In this document: one piece after another, positions 61,629-64,000 of the stretch
How positions within the stretch are numbered: the first letter of the stretch is position 1
Layout of the letters: each line of letters begins with the position of its first letter
Assembly (NCBI GenBank): GCA_965226495.1
Contig: OZ245365.1
Location: forward strand, 896,001-960,000
Direction: 5' to 3'
Source: Candidatus Marinacidobacterales bacterium
GTDB taxonomy: Bacteria; Acidobacteriota; Vicinamibacteria; Marinacidobacterales; DATDRI01
DNA length: 64,000 bases
Program-made: the position numbers and the translations under genes
The notes under the pieces: generated by a model
Database searches by the model: none
Seen by the model: the letters and a program-made list of their open reading frames with translations, nothing else
What the model was told of the DNA's origin: nothing

Positions 61629-63347
61629 ATGATGCGAGCATGGAAACGTTACCGAGCAATGGCTGCCGCGTGTGTGCTGGCGGGGACTATCGTCCTGCTG
61701 AGCATGTGGAGCGTCATACCCATTGAGGCTCAGAACATGGCCATCAACGGCATGGTGGTGACCTCACACCCAATGGCGGGGCAGGCGGGTCTGAGAATGT
61801 TGCAACAAGGCGGGAACGCCTTCGATGCCGCGGTGGCAACCGCCGCGGTGCTCGCCGTCACCGAACCGCTGATGTCCGGGCTCGGCGGTGTTGGTGGCTA
61901 CGCGCTGATCTATGACGCCAAAGAGAAACGGGTTCGCTCGGTGGACTTCGTCGGCGACGCGCCCGCTGCGGCGACGCCCGAAATGTACGAGGCCGGCGCG
62001 CGGCTCTGGGATCGTACCCACCCCGCCCGAGACGGCTTCATCGCGCCTCTCGTTCCAGGGAACCTCGCAGGTTGGGCCGCCCTGCTCGAGGAGTACGGCT
62101 CGATGAGCTGGCCGCAAGTGTTGGCACCCGCCATCGAGTACGCGGAGGCCGGCTTCGCGATGACCCCGTCGGTCAGCAATCCCTTCGGCAATGGGAGTTT
62201 TGGGGGCGCGGTGGGACGCTACCCTTACGGCGCAAGCATTTTCTTCAAGAACGGTAAGCCCTGGCCGGTAGGCGAGGTGCTGCAACAGCCCGACCTCGCG
62301 GCGAGCTTCAAGACCATCGCCGCGGAGGGCCCAGCGGCTTTTTACGGTGGGTCTCTCGCCGAGAAGTTCGCAGCGTTCTTTCAAGCAAACGGTGGCATCG
62401 TTACCGTCGAGGACTTCGCCAGCTATCGCGTGCGGTGGGCGGATCCGCTCTCGATCACCTATCGGGGTTATGACGTTCACAGCCAGCCCCCCGGTGGGTC
62501 GGGGATGACGGTCCTACAAACGCTCAATATTCTCGAACAGTTCGAGATTTCCGCTCTCGGTCACAACTCGCCGGAGTTCATCCATCTAGCGGCAGAGGCG
62601 ATGAAGCTGGCCTTCGTCGATGACGATGCCTACAATGTCGGCAAAGCGGGTGCCGAGGTTCCGCTTACGCGATTGCTCTCGAAGGAATATGCTAGGGAGC
62701 AGGCAGCGCGCATCGATCTAAAACGAGCGTCGTTCTATCCGCCGGTCCGTCGGTCGACGACGACCACCAGCGCCATCGATCACACCACCCATCACACCGT
62801 GGTTGACCGAGATCACAACGTGGTATCGATTACTCAAACGCTGATGCTTCCGGCAGGCGTCGTGGTTCCGGACACCGGCGTCATTTTCAATAACGGGATG
62901 TCGTACTTCAGCACCGATCCTGAGGACGCCAACTACATCGAAGGAGGAAAGCGCCCTCGCTTCGTCATGAGCCCGACCCTCATCATGCGGCACGGCGAGC
63001 CTTACTTCGCGCTCGGGGCCGCCGGTGGGTGGACGATCCAACAAACGGTTCTGCAGGTTGCAGTGCGTGCAATGGATTTCGACATGGACGCCCACGCGGC
63101 GGTGAAGGCTCCACGCTTCGTGCTTCGCTACCTGCGGAACTCGATCCCCTATATGGAAGGAACCGACCTGGTGTTGGAGCGCCCGTTCTCGAGCGAGGTA
63201 CGGGAGGCTTTGTCTTCGATGGGGCACCGCTTACGGGAGCCGGCCGAGCGGTTGGGGACGCTCCACGCCATCAAGATTTACCCGCAGAGCGGGGTTCTCT
63301 CCGGAGGCGCCGATGCACGACGGGAGGGTCACGCCGCTTCGTGGTGA
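61629..63347 (+). CDS. Secreted gamma-glutamyltransferase-family Ntn hydrolase
   Basis: GGNAFDAAVA, SGLGG, HTTH autoprocessing site, FNNGM, GAAGG, GADARREG; AAGGAGG RBS. Confidence 0.9.
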   Translation: MMRAWKRYRAMAAACVLAGTIVLLSMWSVIPIEAQNMAINGMVVTSHPMAGQAGLRMLQQGGNAFDAAVATAAVLAVTEPLMSGLGGVGGYALIYDAKEKRVRSVDFVGDAPAAATPEMYEAGARLWDRTHPARDGFIAPLVPGNLAGWAALLEEYGSMSWPQVLAPAIEYAEAGFAMTPSVSNPFGNGSFGGAVGRYPYGASIFFKNGKPWPVGEVLQQPDLAASFKTIAAEGPAAFYGGSLAEKFAAFFQANGGIVTVEDFASYRVRWADPLSITYRGYDVHSQPPGGSGMTVLQTLNILEQFEISALGHNSPEFIHLAAEAMKLAFVDDDAYNVGKAGAEVPLTRLLSKEYAREQAARIDLKRASFYPPVRRSTTTTSAIDHTTHHTVVDRDHNVVSITQTLMLPAGVVVPDTGVIFNNGMSYFSTDPEDANYIEGGKRPRFVMSPTLIMRHGEPYFALGAAGGWTIQQTVLQVAVRAMDFDMDAHAAVKAPRFVLRYLRNSIPYMEGTDLVLERPFSSEVREALSSMGHRLREPAERLGTLHAIKIYPQSGVLSGGADARREGHAASW

Positions 63348-63529
63348 GTCGGTAGAACGCCCGAAGCCTGATTGTTTTCGAGCCGCAACCGTGTTACCTA
63401 CGGACTTGCCGTGGGTCGTCGCCCCATGAAGTCTTGCCTTTCTTGGACTCCACCCAGCAGACCGGCCTCGGCCTGAAGGAACGAGAAAAACGACAAGAAC
63501 ATTCAACCCTTTGAATTGAGGAGTTGGCT

Positions 63530-64000
63530 ATGGAACAGGACCGAAGTCTCGCCACCGGCCTGCGGTTCGCCGCTGCGCTGCTCTTAGTCGTGTTAGGGAC
63601 GGGCGCGACCGCCCAAGAACCTGAAACCTCCGGACTGGAGGCGGTGTTCTCGCCGGGTCTGATTCTTCAAGATCGCAACGGGGACGGGGTCATCGATTTC
63701 ATCGACGCCGCCATCGTTGTGGGGGAGTCGCCCACGGTTGGTGACATTGCCGCGGCGGCCGACGTCGCGGCTCGGCTCGGCTACGAAACGATGGCCATGG
63801 ACATTCCTCTCGGCTCCACGGAGGAATCGTCCGGTCCGGCGATCCTCGTCGGCTCCGCGGCGCTTGCGCGGGCCGGCGTCGCCGCCGCCGATGTCGGCCT
63901 CGCGGGCTTGGAAAGCGGCGAGGGCATCATCACGCTTGCAGCCGCTAATGGACGTGAGTGGTTGGTGATCGCCGGAGCCGACGAGGCCGGTACGCGCGCG
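63530..64000 (+). CDS. Giant M14-like protein paralog D, N-terminal part (runs off window edge)
   Basis: My translation from ATG 63530 (GAGGAG RBS) gives ...ATAQEPETSGLEAVFSPGLILQDRNGDGVIDF..., nearly identical to the mature N-terminus of paralog B. Not in the ORF track. Confidence 0.85.
   Translation, partial: MEQDRSLATGLRFAAALLLVVLGTGATAQEPETSGLEAVFSPGLILQDRNGDGVIDFIDAAIVVGESPTVGDIAAAADVAARLGYETMAMDIPLGSTEESSGPAILVGSAALARAGVAAADVGLAGLESGEGIITLAAANGREWLVIAGADEAGTRA

Overview
A GC-rich, Gram-negative bacterial window; the TonB-receptor, PQQ-propeller and Asp-box gene styles suggest Acidobacteriota, but this is an inference. No rRNA, tRNA or CRISPR array was seen. Left part (1-19 kb): a partial DUF1611 gene, a DUF305-LVIVD fusion, a nucleotidyltransferase toxin-antitoxin-like pair with a perfect 16-bp operator palindrome, a complete Rrf2-sufBCDSUT operon, a ComD/ComE-like decarboxylase with an aldehyde dehydrogenase, and an acyl-CoA dehydrogenase/CoA-transferase/MaoC/ThDP-enzyme operon. 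Middle (19.3-26 kb): a nested IS cluster with three copies of a 1308-bp TGT...ACA integrase-core IS plus IS91 and IS30 remnants, carrying an intact AbiE-like type IV TA pair. Right part (26-64 kb): a secreted amide/peptide-hydrolase island. It holds four paralogous ~1400-aa exported proteins with duplicated N-terminal modules; the three complete ones end in a non-canonical M14 zinc-peptidase domain. It also holds two paralogous DUF5916-type outer-membrane barrels, a 5-oxoprolinase, a non-canonical gamma-glutamyltransferase, an S9 peptidase, an Asp-box protein, a truncated TonB receptor, an HNH protein and citE/prpD-like genes. This island is the best candidate for an undescribed system. A ~95-bp duplicated non-coding element links the two halves of a split itaconate/C5-dicarboxylate-like gene set 20 kb apart. 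All product calls come from motif recognition by eye, not database searches.
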